Assembly (NCBI GenBank): GCA_964573205.1
Contig: CAZNIT010000047.1
Location: forward strand, 777-64,776
DNA: 64,000 bases
Source: an uncultured Sulfurospirillum sp.
Lineage (GTDB): Bacteria > Campylobacterota > Campylobacteria > Campylobacterales > QNZT01
Direction: 5' to 3'
Part shown: positions 30,938-40,607 of the stretch, piece by piece
Layout: each line of letters opens with the position of its first letter
Position numbering within the stretch: the first letter of the stretch is position 1
The notes under the pieces: model-generated
The model's input: only the letters and a program-made list of their open reading frames with translations
What the model was told of the DNA's origin: nothing
Databases searched by the model: none
Program-made: the position numbers and the translations under genes

Positions 30938-32860
30938 ATGTCAAACGACTGTAAAAAAGCTTATATAACGACCCCCATATACTATGTAAACGATGTTCCT
31001 CATATAGGTCATGCATATACTACGATTATCGCGGATACTCTGGCAAGATACTCAAGACTCATAGGTCTTAAAACTCTCTTTGTAACGGGAACCGACGAAC
31101 ATGGACAAAAGATTCAAGAAGCTGCCAAACAAAGAGGAAAAGATCCTCAGAAGTATGCTGATGAAATTAGCGGAAAATTTCGTTCTTTGTGGGATGAATT
31201 CGATATAAGTTACGATATTTTCATAAGAACTACAGATGAAAAGCATAAAAAAGGTGTTCAAAAAGCGTTTGAAACAATGCACGAAAAAGGCGATATATAT
31301 AAAGATGATTACGAAGGTTTTTACTGCGTAAGCTGCGAAACGTTTTTTACAAAAACTCAATTAATCGACAACGAATTTTGTCCCGATTGCGGCAAACCGA
31401 CCTCCATCGTAAAAGAGGAGAGCTACTTTTTCAAATTATCAAAATATGAAAAAAGGCTTCTTGAGTGGTACGAAGATAAAGACAAATGCGTACTACCCAA
31501 AGCGAAAAAAAATGAAGTCATAAATTTCGTAAAACAGGGACTCAACGATCTCTCCATCACAAGAACGAGTTTCGATTGGGGGGTGAAGCTTCCAAAATCT
31601 CTAAACGATCCAAAACATGTCATGTATGTCTGGCTGGATGCTCTTTTAAACTATATAACAGCTCTTGGATACGGAACAGATGAGAAAAATATGGTGTTTT
31701 GGCCGGCGACAGTTCATCTTGTCGGAAAAGATATATTAAGATTTCATGCTATCTACTGGCCGGCATTTTTGATGAGCCTTGATCTTCCGCTTCCAAAGCA
31801 CATCGGAGCTCATGGGTGGTGGACGAGAAACGGCGAAAAAATGAGTAAATCTAAAAAAAATGTTGTTGATCCAAGAGAGGTGGCAGATGCTTATGGACTA
31901 GACAACTTCAGATACTTTATGTTAAGAGAAGTACCTTTTGGACAAGACGGCGACTTCAGCCAAAAAGCTCTGATAGACCGTATAAACTCGGATTTAGGCA
32001 ACGATCTTGGAAACCTTTTAAACAGAATCATCGGCATGAGTGGAAAATATAACGAGTTTGTGATAGATTCGAAAGATGTTTTGACGTATCATAAGAAAGA
32101 GATAGAAACTGCCGACAAAATCATAGATACACTCAGCCGATACATTTACGATCTCCAATTAAACAGATATCTCGAAGAACTTTGGAAAATTTTAACTCTG
32201 GCGAATCAATCGATAGCGATTTACGAGCCTTGGTCGAAAATGAAAGAGGATAAAAAAGATGAAGCACTGGCGTTAGTGGCGCTTGTAGCCAACCTTTTGG
32301 CGAAAGTTACGCTTCTTTTAAGTCCGGTTATGCCGAAAATTTGTGAGACGATCGCTAACTCGTTGGGAATCTTTATAAATAAAGAGAATTACGAGAAACT
32401 GATAACGCAAAAAAAGCTTTTAAATAGATTTATGATACAAAAAACTCCCCCTTTATTTCCGAAAATAGAAAAGGAACTTCTGAAAACTCCCGATCCCGAA
32501 CAAAAAGAGCAAGACATTAGTGAAAAAAATGACGGGATAATCACAATCGACCGATTTTTCGAAACGAAACTCAAAATCGGTACTATTTTGGAAGCCCGAG
32601 AGATTCCAAAAAGTGATAGACTGTTAAAACTGAAAGTCGATTTGGGAGAAAAAGATCCCCGTCAGATCATAGCTGGTATAAAAGAGTACTACTCACCGAA
32701 TGATCTCGTAAATACTCAAGTATGCGTAGTCTCAAATTTAAAGCCCGCAAAAATTATGGGTTATCTCTCCGAAGGTATGCTTCTAGCCGCAAAAGATAAA
32801 AAATCACTCTCTCTACTTCGCCCCGAATCTCACAAAGAAAGCGGTACGCCTGTTGGATGA
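30938..32860 (+). CDS. metG: Methionyl-tRNA synthetase with a C-terminal tRNA-binding domain
   Basis: YITTPIYYVN, HIGH, GTDEHG, KMSKS and a C-terminal OB fold. Confidence 0.98.
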   Translation: MSNDCKKAYITTPIYYVNDVPHIGHAYTTIIADTLARYSRLIGLKTLFVTGTDEHGQKIQEAAKQRGKDPQKYADEISGKFRSLWDEFDISYDIFIRTTDEKHKKGVQKAFETMHEKGDIYKDDYEGFYCVSCETFFTKTQLIDNEFCPDCGKPTSIVKEESYFFKLSKYEKRLLEWYEDKDKCVLPKAKKNEVINFVKQGLNDLSITRTSFDWGVKLPKSLNDPKHVMYVWLDALLNYITALGYGTDEKNMVFWPATVHLVGKDILRFHAIYWPAFLMSLDLPLPKHIGAHGWWTRNGEKMSKSKKNVVDPREVADAYGLDNFRYFMLREVPFGQDGDFSQKALIDRINSDLGNDLGNLLNRIIGMSGKYNEFVIDSKDVLTYHKKEIETADKIIDTLSRYIYDLQLNRYLEELWKILTLANQSIAIYEPWSKMKEDKKDEALALVALVANLLAKVTLLLSPVMPKICETIANSLGIFINKENYEKLITQKKLLNRFMIQKTPPLFPKIEKELLKTPDPEQKEQDISEKNDGIITIDRFFETKLKIGTILEAREIPKSDRLLKLKVDLGEKDPRQIIAGIKEYYSPNDLVNTQVCVVSNLKPAKIMGYLSEGMLLAAKDKKSLSLLRPESHKESGTPVG

Positions 32861-33864
32861 CATTTGAAAATCTGGCGAAATTAACTAACTCGACACTCTT
32901 GAACGAACCTTGCATCTCGTCGTTCGAGAGAATAGTTTTCGATCCGATACGTGTAAAAAGGGGCGACCTTTTTATTGGAAACGACATCCAAGATATTAAA
33001 ATAGCTTTAAAACGTGACGCCTACGCTATTATGAGCGATAAACATACGAATATTCTCGACGATGAAATAGCTTGGCTCAAATGCGAAAGCATAAACGAAG
33101 CTCTCAAAGGTCTGCTTAGATACTCCCTTATGCAAACTAAGCTTCATTTTGTCTGTTTCGATCCCGTCGAAGCTGCGCTTATGAAAAAAATCACCTCGAA
33201 AGAGAGTATCATATTTTTAAACACCGATCCTAAAAAAAATTTTCAAAAAATTATCGACGCACCTGAAAACTCTCTCATAATATCCGGCGACAAGGAGTAT
33301 CTTCAAGATATCTATCCGGCTTATGAATTAGCGAATATTCCGATATTGCATTCCATATTGAAAATAAAAAGCACACTCTTTTTAAGTAGTTTCGTATATA
33401 AAAACGTACTTTATGAAAATATCAAATTACCTGAAATATTTCTGAAGAAATTTGAAAATATCGTCAACTTTTTAGATTCGAAATCGATCGATTACAGAAT
33501 CGACAGATGCGATTTTACACCTTATTTCTATCCTCTGTTTATAAACGGCGATCTTGTGAGAAAAAGCTTCGGCTCCACGCAAAAAGCGTTGATAATCATA
33601 AGCGATGATAAAAACTTGAACGATTTTATAAATTATCTTCAACATAAAGCTTCTTGGGCTAAACATATACTCTTTTTGCCACGAAAAATCAAAACGAACA
33701 ACTCCAATAAAATAAAAACTATTTCATACATAAACTTAACTGAGATTACAAAATTAAAAGAACTTGAATTTAATTTCGCTATAATCAAAGCGAATCCGCA
33801 AGATATGGCGGAAGTATTAAAAAAGATCGAGACAAAAAAAGAGCCGTCTCTCTTTGAGGAGTAA
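32857..33864 (+). CDS. Conserved hypothetical protein with a Mur-ligase-like N-terminus
   Basis: VFDPIRVKRGDLFIG resembles the Mur ligase N-domain IDSRKVKPGDLF; no GTNGKT P-loop; overlaps the metG stop. Confidence 0.5.
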   Translation: MTFENLAKLTNSTLLNEPCISSFERIVFDPIRVKRGDLFIGNDIQDIKIALKRDAYAIMSDKHTNILDDEIAWLKCESINEALKGLLRYSLMQTKLHFVCFDPVEAALMKKITSKESIIFLNTDPKKNFQKIIDAPENSLIISGDKEYLQDIYPAYELANIPILHSILKIKSTLFLSSFVYKNVLYENIKLPEIFLKKFENIVNFLDSKSIDYRIDRCDFTPYFYPLFINGDLVRKSFGSTQKALIIISDDKNLNDFINYLQHKASWAKHILFLPRKIKTNNSNKIKTISYINLTEITKLKELEFNFAIIKANPQDMAEVLKKIETKKEPSLFEE

Positions 33865-33873
33865 TATAACCAA

Positions 33874-35037
33874 ATGGACTCGAACCCCCAGTCGATGCAG
33901 GCTCATCCGGAGCCGAACACTTTTGTACAAAATTATTGGGATATCGTCGGAGGTATGATCCTCTCAATTATAGCTTACTACTTTCATTCACAGGCGAACG
34001 ATTCACTAAGCACTCTTTTTGCGGCGCTCGCGATTATCTTTTTATCCATAACAGTTTCCGAAATAGCCGATATCCTAGCTGAAAGATTGGACGAACCGTA
34101 TGGGAGCTTCGTACTTACTTTCACCGCTGTGGCGGTTGAAATACTACTTCTTTTTAACATCATGCTTCAGGTTTCCAATTCTCCCGAAGCTATGCAGACC
34201 GTTCAAGGAGGTATCATTTCGGCTGTCATAGTGGATATGAATGTTCTTTTGGGACTTGCCGTATTTATCGGAGGTCTTGCTTTTACCGAGCAGCAGCATA
34301 ACGAAGATACATCAAGTTCATATACGACTATCCTTTATGTCGCGGCACTCGCACTTTTAGTCCCGAGCATACTCGGTCACAGCGGTCATGATAAAGAGAC
34401 GGTCGAGAAAGCGAGCTATATGATAGGAATCTTGCTCTTTTTGTTTTATATTACGATACTCATTTTTCAGACAAAAACGCACACTCACTTTTTCAAAGCC
34501 ACCGCAAAAAGCAGAATTTTCAGATATAAACGAAAACTTGCCGAAGGAGAAGAGATAATAGACGAAAATTACATTTTCGAAAAACTCTCCACTTTCGCCA
34601 ACTTTATGGTAATCTTCGCTCTAATTTTTTTAATAGGAGTCTTAGCTGAAATCTTTGCGATCGACGGCATGAGCGTCTTTAAAGAAGCCGGTATCTCTAC
34701 GGGACTTGCGGGTCTTACCATCGCCATCATCTCGGTGGCTCCCGAAATTTTTACCGCGGTAAAAGCGGCGAAAAACGATCAAATCCAAAGAGTCGTAAAT
34801 ATAGCCATGGGCGCTTCCACCGTTTCGATACTTTTAACGGTTCCGGCTCTTTTGATACTAGGCTTTATAGCCGATGTCACACTTCCTCTTAGCTTCAACC
34901 CTCTTGAGATAGGTGCTTTGATATTTACTATCATACTGGCTTGGAAAACTACGGATGACGGTGAGACGAACTATTTTGAAGGCATTTCCCATTTAATGCT
35001 CTTTTTATGTTATACGGTAATAGCAGCGTTATATTAA
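33874..35037 (+). CDS. Ca2+/H+ antiporter (CaCA, ChaA/Cax-like)
   Basis: About 11 TM helices; alpha-repeat glutamates in TAVAVE and ISVAPE; DGETNYFEG. Confidence 0.85.
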   Translation: MDSNPQSMQAHPEPNTFVQNYWDIVGGMILSIIAYYFHSQANDSLSTLFAALAIIFLSITVSEIADILAERLDEPYGSFVLTFTAVAVEILLLFNIMLQVSNSPEAMQTVQGGIISAVIVDMNVLLGLAVFIGGLAFTEQQHNEDTSSSYTTILYVAALALLVPSILGHSGHDKETVEKASYMIGILLFLFYITILIFQTKTHTHFFKATAKSRIFRYKRKLAEGEEIIDENYIFEKLSTFANFMVIFALIFLIGVLAEIFAIDGMSVFKEAGISTGLAGLTIAIISVAPEIFTAVKAAKNDQIQRVVNIAMGASTVSILLTVPALLILGFIADVTLPLSFNPLEIGALIFTIILAWKTTDDGETNYFEGISHLMLFLCYTVIAALY

Positions 35038-35046
35038 GGAGTGAAA

Positions 35047-36159
35047 ATGAAAAGAAGAGATTTTATCAAAACCACCATCGCAACGGCCGCAGCGGCAAGC
35101 ACACTAACAGGATGCAGAGATCTTCCCAAAGATCCGAACTACAACAAAGAGAAAAAAACCTTCAACTACAACAGAGGCAAGAAGGTAAAGATAAAACTGG
35201 CGACAAGCTGGCCCGCGAACTTTCCCATCATGGGCGAAGGAGTGGAGAGATTTGCTACAAGACTCACTCAATTAAGCGGCGGAAGCATCGAAGTCAAAGT
35301 CTTTGCCAAAAATGTTCTGGTTCCGGCTCTTGGCGTATTTGACGCGACAAGTGCGGGGGCGATAGACGCTTACCACTCGGCCGCTTACTATTACAAAGGC
35401 AAAAATGAAGCTTTCAATCTTTTCACGGGATTTCCGTTTGGGCTAACCGACACGGAGATGAACGCTTGGTTTGACTGGGGAGACGGCATGAGACTTTGGA
35501 GAGATCTCTATGCAAAATACAATCTCGTCCCTTTCAAAGGCGGGAACACCGGTGTTCAGATGGGCGGATGGTTTAAAAAAGAGATCAAATCTCTCGACGA
35601 TTTAAAAGGTCTAAAGATGAGAATACCCGGTCTAGGCGGTGAAGTTTTCGCAAAACTGGGCGTAAAACCGACTCTTCTACCCGCAGGTGAGATATATGTC
35701 GCGCTTGAGAGAAATATGCTAGATGCCACAGAGTGGCTTGGACCCTCACTCGATACTAAGATGGGATTTCACAAAGTCGCAAAATATTACTATACCGGAT
35801 GGCATGAGCCCGCAAGTTCTCTTAGTTTGGTATTTAATAAGAAAAAATTCGACAAACTCTCGGATGAGCAAAAGCTTATGATAGAGATGGCTTCGCAAGA
35901 GTTGAACGCTACGATGAACAGTCAATTTCAGTACGAAAACGCAAAAGAGTTAAAAATCGTAAAAGAAGCCGGAGTAAAAATCGATTCCCTACCGAAAGAT
36001 GTGTTAAAAGCCGCAAAAAAGGCTATGTTGGAAGTAGCGGAACAAAAAAGCGAAGATAGTGACGATTTTAAAAAAGTTTGGGAAAATATCTATGCCTTTT
36101 TAGAGCTAAACCGCGACTGGACGGATATAGGACTTAAAAAATATCTTGAAATAAGATAA
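35047..36159 (+). CDS. TRAP substrate-binding protein, TakP-like, Tat-exported lipoprotein
   Basis: KRRDFIK plus LTGC; NTGVQMGGWF, GLKMRIPGLGG, DATEW and YYYTGWHEP. Confidence 0.9.
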   Translation: MKRRDFIKTTIATAAAASTLTGCRDLPKDPNYNKEKKTFNYNRGKKVKIKLATSWPANFPIMGEGVERFATRLTQLSGGSIEVKVFAKNVLVPALGVFDATSAGAIDAYHSAAYYYKGKNEAFNLFTGFPFGLTDTEMNAWFDWGDGMRLWRDLYAKYNLVPFKGGNTGVQMGGWFKKEIKSLDDLKGLKMRIPGLGGEVFAKLGVKPTLLPAGEIYVALERNMLDATEWLGPSLDTKMGFHKVAKYYYTGWHEPASSLSLVFNKKKFDKLSDEQKLMIEMASQELNATMNSQFQYENAKELKIVKEAGVKIDSLPKDVLKAAKKAMLEVAEQKSEDSDDFKKVWENIYAFLELNRDWTDIGLKKYLEIR

Positions 36160-36340
36160 ACCTTAAAATAGATATATGCAAAGTTATTATGAACTAGACT
36201 AAACAATACTCTTGTTCCAAATGATTGTCGTCTCATTAATATTTTAAGTTCAACATCCGGATATGTTAAAAAATATCTATATCTCTAGTTAATACTCGGT
36301 TCACACTTTTTTGGTATTATTGCATATACAAGGAGCATTT

Positions 36341-36727
36341 ATGAAGATTTTTTTATCTCTTTTTTTATTTATAGGATCACTTTTGGCGCAACAAAGCTTT
36401 TACTACTCTTTCGGTAAAAAAGTCATGCTTACAAAATTACCTACTTCAAGAGCGCTGAGAGATCAAAACGTCACATTTTACGAAAATCAAAATGGACAAA
36501 AAATCGGCGTAAAACAAGAAGTTATCATCGGTTGTGACGATTTAATCGCATGTAAAAAAGTATTAAGAGATTATAATATCACTTACATTGAAGAGCTCTC
36601 CAAAACGATTTATCTATTAAAACTTCCAAAAAATAGTGATCCATTCGAGATATCCAACTCGCTCTATAATGAAGATCCCGTACAATTCGCGCATCCTAAT
36701 TTCATAAAAAAGAGGAAAATGCGTTGA
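36341..36727 (+). CDS. Secreted stand-alone subtilase prodomain-like (I9-type) protein
   Basis: Signal peptide; EVII...YNITYIEELSKTIYLLKLP...ISNSLYNEDPVQFAHPNF, the usual end of a subtilase propeptide (V.yAePN); stop overlaps the protease start. Confidence 0.6.
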   Translation: MKIFLSLFLFIGSLLAQQSFYYSFGKKVMLTKLPTSRALRDQNVTFYENQNGQKIGVKQEVIIGCDDLIACKKVLRDYNITYIEELSKTIYLLKLPKNSDPFEISNSLYNEDPVQFAHPNFIKKRKMR

Positions 36728-37872
36728 TAAAAAAAAGAAAATTATATATCTGTTTATCGATAGTTTTCATTTTGTTATCAGGATGCGGAGGTACCGACCG
36801 CGTACCCGAAGAAAACGATACGAACGAACCAAGACTTCAGGAAGATCCGACCAAAGAACCCTATTTTTCATATCAGTGGTATCTATCTTTCACGAACAAT
36901 GAATTTACGCAAAGTGCGAACATAAACAAAAATTCAAGTATAAATATAAAAGGTGCGTGGGATATCACAAAAGCCGAAGGCATCGTAGTAGCGGTAATCG
37001 ACAGCAATTTCGAACCGACGCATAAAGATTTGGCGGCAAATGTCTTTAGTGTTTACAATGCCGATGCCCAAGACAGCTATGTTTTAAATGATAGCGACGA
37101 ATCCTCTCATGGTACGGCTTGTGCCGGATTCATAGCGGCACCGTCGAACAATCTGGGTATAACCGGCGTTGCACCCGAAGCGAAAATCGTCTTAATCGCA
37201 CAAGAATATGTTGACGACGCGGCCACTATCAGAGCATTCGAATATGCCAAAAAAGAAGGAGCCAAAATAATCAGCAACAGTTGGGGAACTGAAAACGTAT
37301 CCGAAGCCGTAGCTAGAGAATTTCAAAATCTAAAAGATCAAAATATCACTATCTTTTTCGCTAGCGGAAACGACGCAGCTGATCTGGATACTCCTTTTTT
37401 AACGGACGAATCCGAACTTCCAAGCGTCATAGGTGTTGCAGCCACAAACGAGCTGAACCGACTCGCCAGCTATTCAAACTACGGGAAAAATATAGATATC
37501 TTGGCACCCGGCGGCGAGTTTTTAGGATTGTTAGGGCTTGACGATAGCGGACCCAAAGGAGTATATTTCGATACATACACGTTCCCAAACGGATACAGTC
37601 TCCATATTGACGACGATCATGCTTTTGTAAACGGTACTAGTTTTGCGTGTCCTCTGGCCGCCGGAGTCGCTGCGTTGATGCTAGGTGCCAATCCGAATCT
37701 AACTCCCGATCAAATCAGAGAGATCCTCATAACAACCGCCGAAAAGATAGAAGAAGATGAAGTTTATTATGATCAAAACGGTTTTAATATAAAAAGAGCT
37801 TATGGAAAAATCAACGCTCAAAGAGCCGTTTTAGCGGCGAGAGATCTTTTGAATCAAACAAACCTAAAATAA
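36724..37872 (+). CDS. S8 subtilase lipoprotein lacking a cis prodomain
   Basis: Lipobox LLSGC; EPYFSYQWYL about 25 aa after the Cys; triad VAVIDS, HGTACAG and NGTSFACP; oxyanion-hole ASGND. Confidence 0.92.
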   Translation: MIKKRKLYICLSIVFILLSGCGGTDRVPEENDTNEPRLQEDPTKEPYFSYQWYLSFTNNEFTQSANINKNSSINIKGAWDITKAEGIVVAVIDSNFEPTHKDLAANVFSVYNADAQDSYVLNDSDESSHGTACAGFIAAPSNNLGITGVAPEAKIVLIAQEYVDDAATIRAFEYAKKEGAKIISNSWGTENVSEAVAREFQNLKDQNITIFFASGNDAADLDTPFLTDESELPSVIGVAATNELNRLASYSNYGKNIDILAPGGEFLGLLGLDDSGPKGVYFDTYTFPNGYSLHIDDDHAFVNGTSFACPLAAGVAALMLGANPNLTPDQIREILITTAEKIEEDEVYYDQNGFNIKRAYGKINAQRAVLAARDLLNQTNLK

Positions 37873-37955
37873 CCCCGAACAATTGAAAACGGTTTAAAGA
37901 AAGGAGAATTTAAGTCGATATAAAGGAAGTTAAAGTATAAAATCAGGAAATTCAG

Positions 37956-40430
37956 TTGAGCAAAATAGCAAATTCGTTTAAAAACAATGTCTTATTACCG
38001 GTATCTATTATCTCTTTGATAATCCTTGCCGGTCTATTCTATTATTTACCGAAAATCACGCTCGAAAATACTCTTCAAACAACAACGAAAAATAGTGACG
38101 ATTTAGTAACACATATGCGAATATTTCGCTCTTATTACACGACGAAAGTGCTATCGAAAGTAAAAGCTCACACGAATTTGAAAATAAACTACGATCACGA
38201 AGCAAAGAACGATACCATTCCGCTTCCCGCAACATCCATACATGATCTGGGCAAACTTTTTACAAACGGTACGGATACGGAAGTGAGAATGTACAGCAAC
38301 TATCCGTTTCCAAACAGAAAAGATAGAGTTCTGGATCAATTTGAAAAAGATTCTCTCTCTTTCTTCGAAAAAGATTCGAGCAAGCCCTTTATCAAAATGG
38401 AAAATATCGACGGTAAAGAGGTGGTTAGATATGCCGTACCCGATTTTCTCACTAGTCAAGGCTGCGTAAATTGTCACAACACCAGACCCGACACTCCAAA
38501 AACCGACTGGAAACTCGGTGACGTAAGAGGCGCCATAGAGATCATTACGCCTATTGATAAAGCTTTAGCGGCAAATCATCAGATGCAAAAACAGATACTG
38601 ATATTCATATCCATAAATATTCTATTTTTGATAGGATACTACATCTACGTATCTATAAACCAAAAGAAAGAGTTGCAAAAAATAAATGAAAAATTCGAAA
38701 AAAACATAAAAGAGCAGACTCAAAAACTTAGCCTAACTTCGTCCGTTTTCGAAAATGCGACTGAAGGTATAACCATTTGCGACACGAACAGCGTTATAGT
38801 CAACGTAAACAAGACATTTACAAATATCACGGGATATACGAAAGATGAAGCGATAGGGAAACACATATCTTTACTCAAATCAGGCAAACAAGATAAAGAA
38901 TTTTATAAAAATATGTGGGATAGTATAACGAAAAACGGCTACTGGGAAGGAGAGATTACCAATAAAAGAAAAAACGGCGAACTCTTTGATGAAATGTTGC
39001 ATATATCCACCATAAAAGACGCAGATGGTAAAATAAGCCACTATATCGCCATCTTCTCGGATATAAGCGACAAAAGAAAAACTCAAGAGAGCATCTACAA
39101 TTTGGCTCATTTTGATTCACTCACTAAAATAGCCAATAGAAATTTTTTCCAAAAAAAGCTCCTAAACTCGATACAAGAGCTAAGACCCGGTAAAAGTCTG
39201 GCCTTGATGTATATCGATCTGGATCGATTTAAAATCGTCAACGACTCTCTAGGACACAGTACGGGGGATAAACTGCTATCCGGCGTTACCAAAAGAATCC
39301 AAAATTTACTTGACGAAGAGGATTTTTTCGCCAGACTAGGCGGAGATGAGTTCGCCATTATCTCACAAGGAGACTATACCACCGAGATATGCGAGCAAAA
39401 AACCGTCGAAAAAGCTATAAAAATAATTGAAGCGGTAAATAAAGTTTTCGTCATAAACAACAATCAACTAAGCATAGGATCCAGTATAGGTATAGCGCTT
39501 TATCCAAGAGACGCCAAAAACGCGGAAGAACTTATGCAGTATGCCGATACCGCGATGTATCATGCCAAGGAGACCGGAAGAAATCGTTACACGATATATG
39601 TCGGAAATATCGTAAAAGAGACCAAATACAGATACAGGGTCGAACAGGAGTTGAGAATAGCGATAAACAACGGCGATATCACATTGGCATATCAACCTAT
39701 CATCTGCGCCGACAGCGGTAGAATAAAAGGTTTCGAAGTATTATCGAGATGGTATCACAAAGAGCTGGGATCCATCTCTCCGGATCTATTCATATCTATA
39801 GCCGAAGATAGAGGGCTTATAGCCGACTATACGTACTCGATGTTAAAAACCGCTTGCAGACAAATAAAAGAGTGGAATATGACGTATAACGAAAAATTCT
39901 ATTTATCGGCAAATATTTCACCCGTCCATTTTTTACAAAGCGATCTTGTCGAAAAAACTCACGCCATTTTAGAAGAAGCCTCTTTACTTCCTTCAAATCT
40001 AATTCTGGAGATAACCGAAAATGTTATTATAGAAAACAAAGAGCTGGTTTTAAGCACATTGAACGAATTTAATGAATTAGGTATCAAAATAAGTATCGAC
40101 GATTTCGGAACCGGATACTCCTCCATAGGTTACTTAAAAGACTATCCGATTGACTACCTCAAAATTGATCGTACATTCGTTTTAAATACTCCCAAAGATA
40201 AAAATAACAAAAATATCTGCTCGACCATAACATCTCTTGCCAACAACTTCGATATAGACATAATCGCCGAAGGTGTCGAAACGGCGGAAAATGCACAGTT
40301 TCTCAAGAGCCTCGGAGTTAAATATCTGCAAGGATACCACTTTTCAAAACCGAAAGCCGCCGATGAGTGGAATAAATTTTTCGACTCTTACTCAGAAAAA
40401 AGCGAATCAAAACATAAACTGGAAGTATAA
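37956..40430 (+). CDS. Heme-c (Tll0287/DUF3365-like) - PAS - GGDEF - EAL sensor enzyme
   Basis: Two TM helices around RMYSNYP...RYAVP...GCVNCH...WKLGDVRGA; PAS VNKTFTNITGY...WEGEITNKRKNG; GGDEF; EVL; DDFGTGYS. Confidence 0.9.
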   Translation: MSKIANSFKNNVLLPVSIISLIILAGLFYYLPKITLENTLQTTTKNSDDLVTHMRIFRSYYTTKVLSKVKAHTNLKINYDHEAKNDTIPLPATSIHDLGKLFTNGTDTEVRMYSNYPFPNRKDRVLDQFEKDSLSFFEKDSSKPFIKMENIDGKEVVRYAVPDFLTSQGCVNCHNTRPDTPKTDWKLGDVRGAIEIITPIDKALAANHQMQKQILIFISINILFLIGYYIYVSINQKKELQKINEKFEKNIKEQTQKLSLTSSVFENATEGITICDTNSVIVNVNKTFTNITGYTKDEAIGKHISLLKSGKQDKEFYKNMWDSITKNGYWEGEITNKRKNGELFDEMLHISTIKDADGKISHYIAIFSDISDKRKTQESIYNLAHFDSLTKIANRNFFQKKLLNSIQELRPGKSLALMYIDLDRFKIVNDSLGHSTGDKLLSGVTKRIQNLLDEEDFFARLGGDEFAIISQGDYTTEICEQKTVEKAIKIIEAVNKVFVINNNQLSIGSSIGIALYPRDAKNAEELMQYADTAMYHAKETGRNRYTIYVGNIVKETKYRYRVEQELRIAINNGDITLAYQPIICADSGRIKGFEVLSRWYHKELGSISPDLFISIAEDRGLIADYTYSMLKTACRQIKEWNMTYNEKFYLSANISPVHFLQSDLVEKTHAILEEASLLPSNLILEITENVIIENKELVLSTLNEFNELGIKISIDDFGTGYSSIGYLKDYPIDYLKIDRTFVLNTPKDKNNKNICSTITSLANNFDIDIIAEGVETAENAQFLKSLGVKYLQGYHFSKPKAADEWNKFFDSYSEKSESKHKLEV

Positions 40431-40607
40431 AAAGGATTTTTTACTTCGTCACTACTACCATTAAATTTAAAAATCAAAAAAATTATTTAAATTATTTTAT
40501 AAAAAAGTACGAATTATTCTAAATATTTAATATAATAAACCTCGATAGAGCCACTATTGTCTATTATTAATCTTATAATGTTAAAATTTCAAACTTTGGA
40601 GGTGAAA

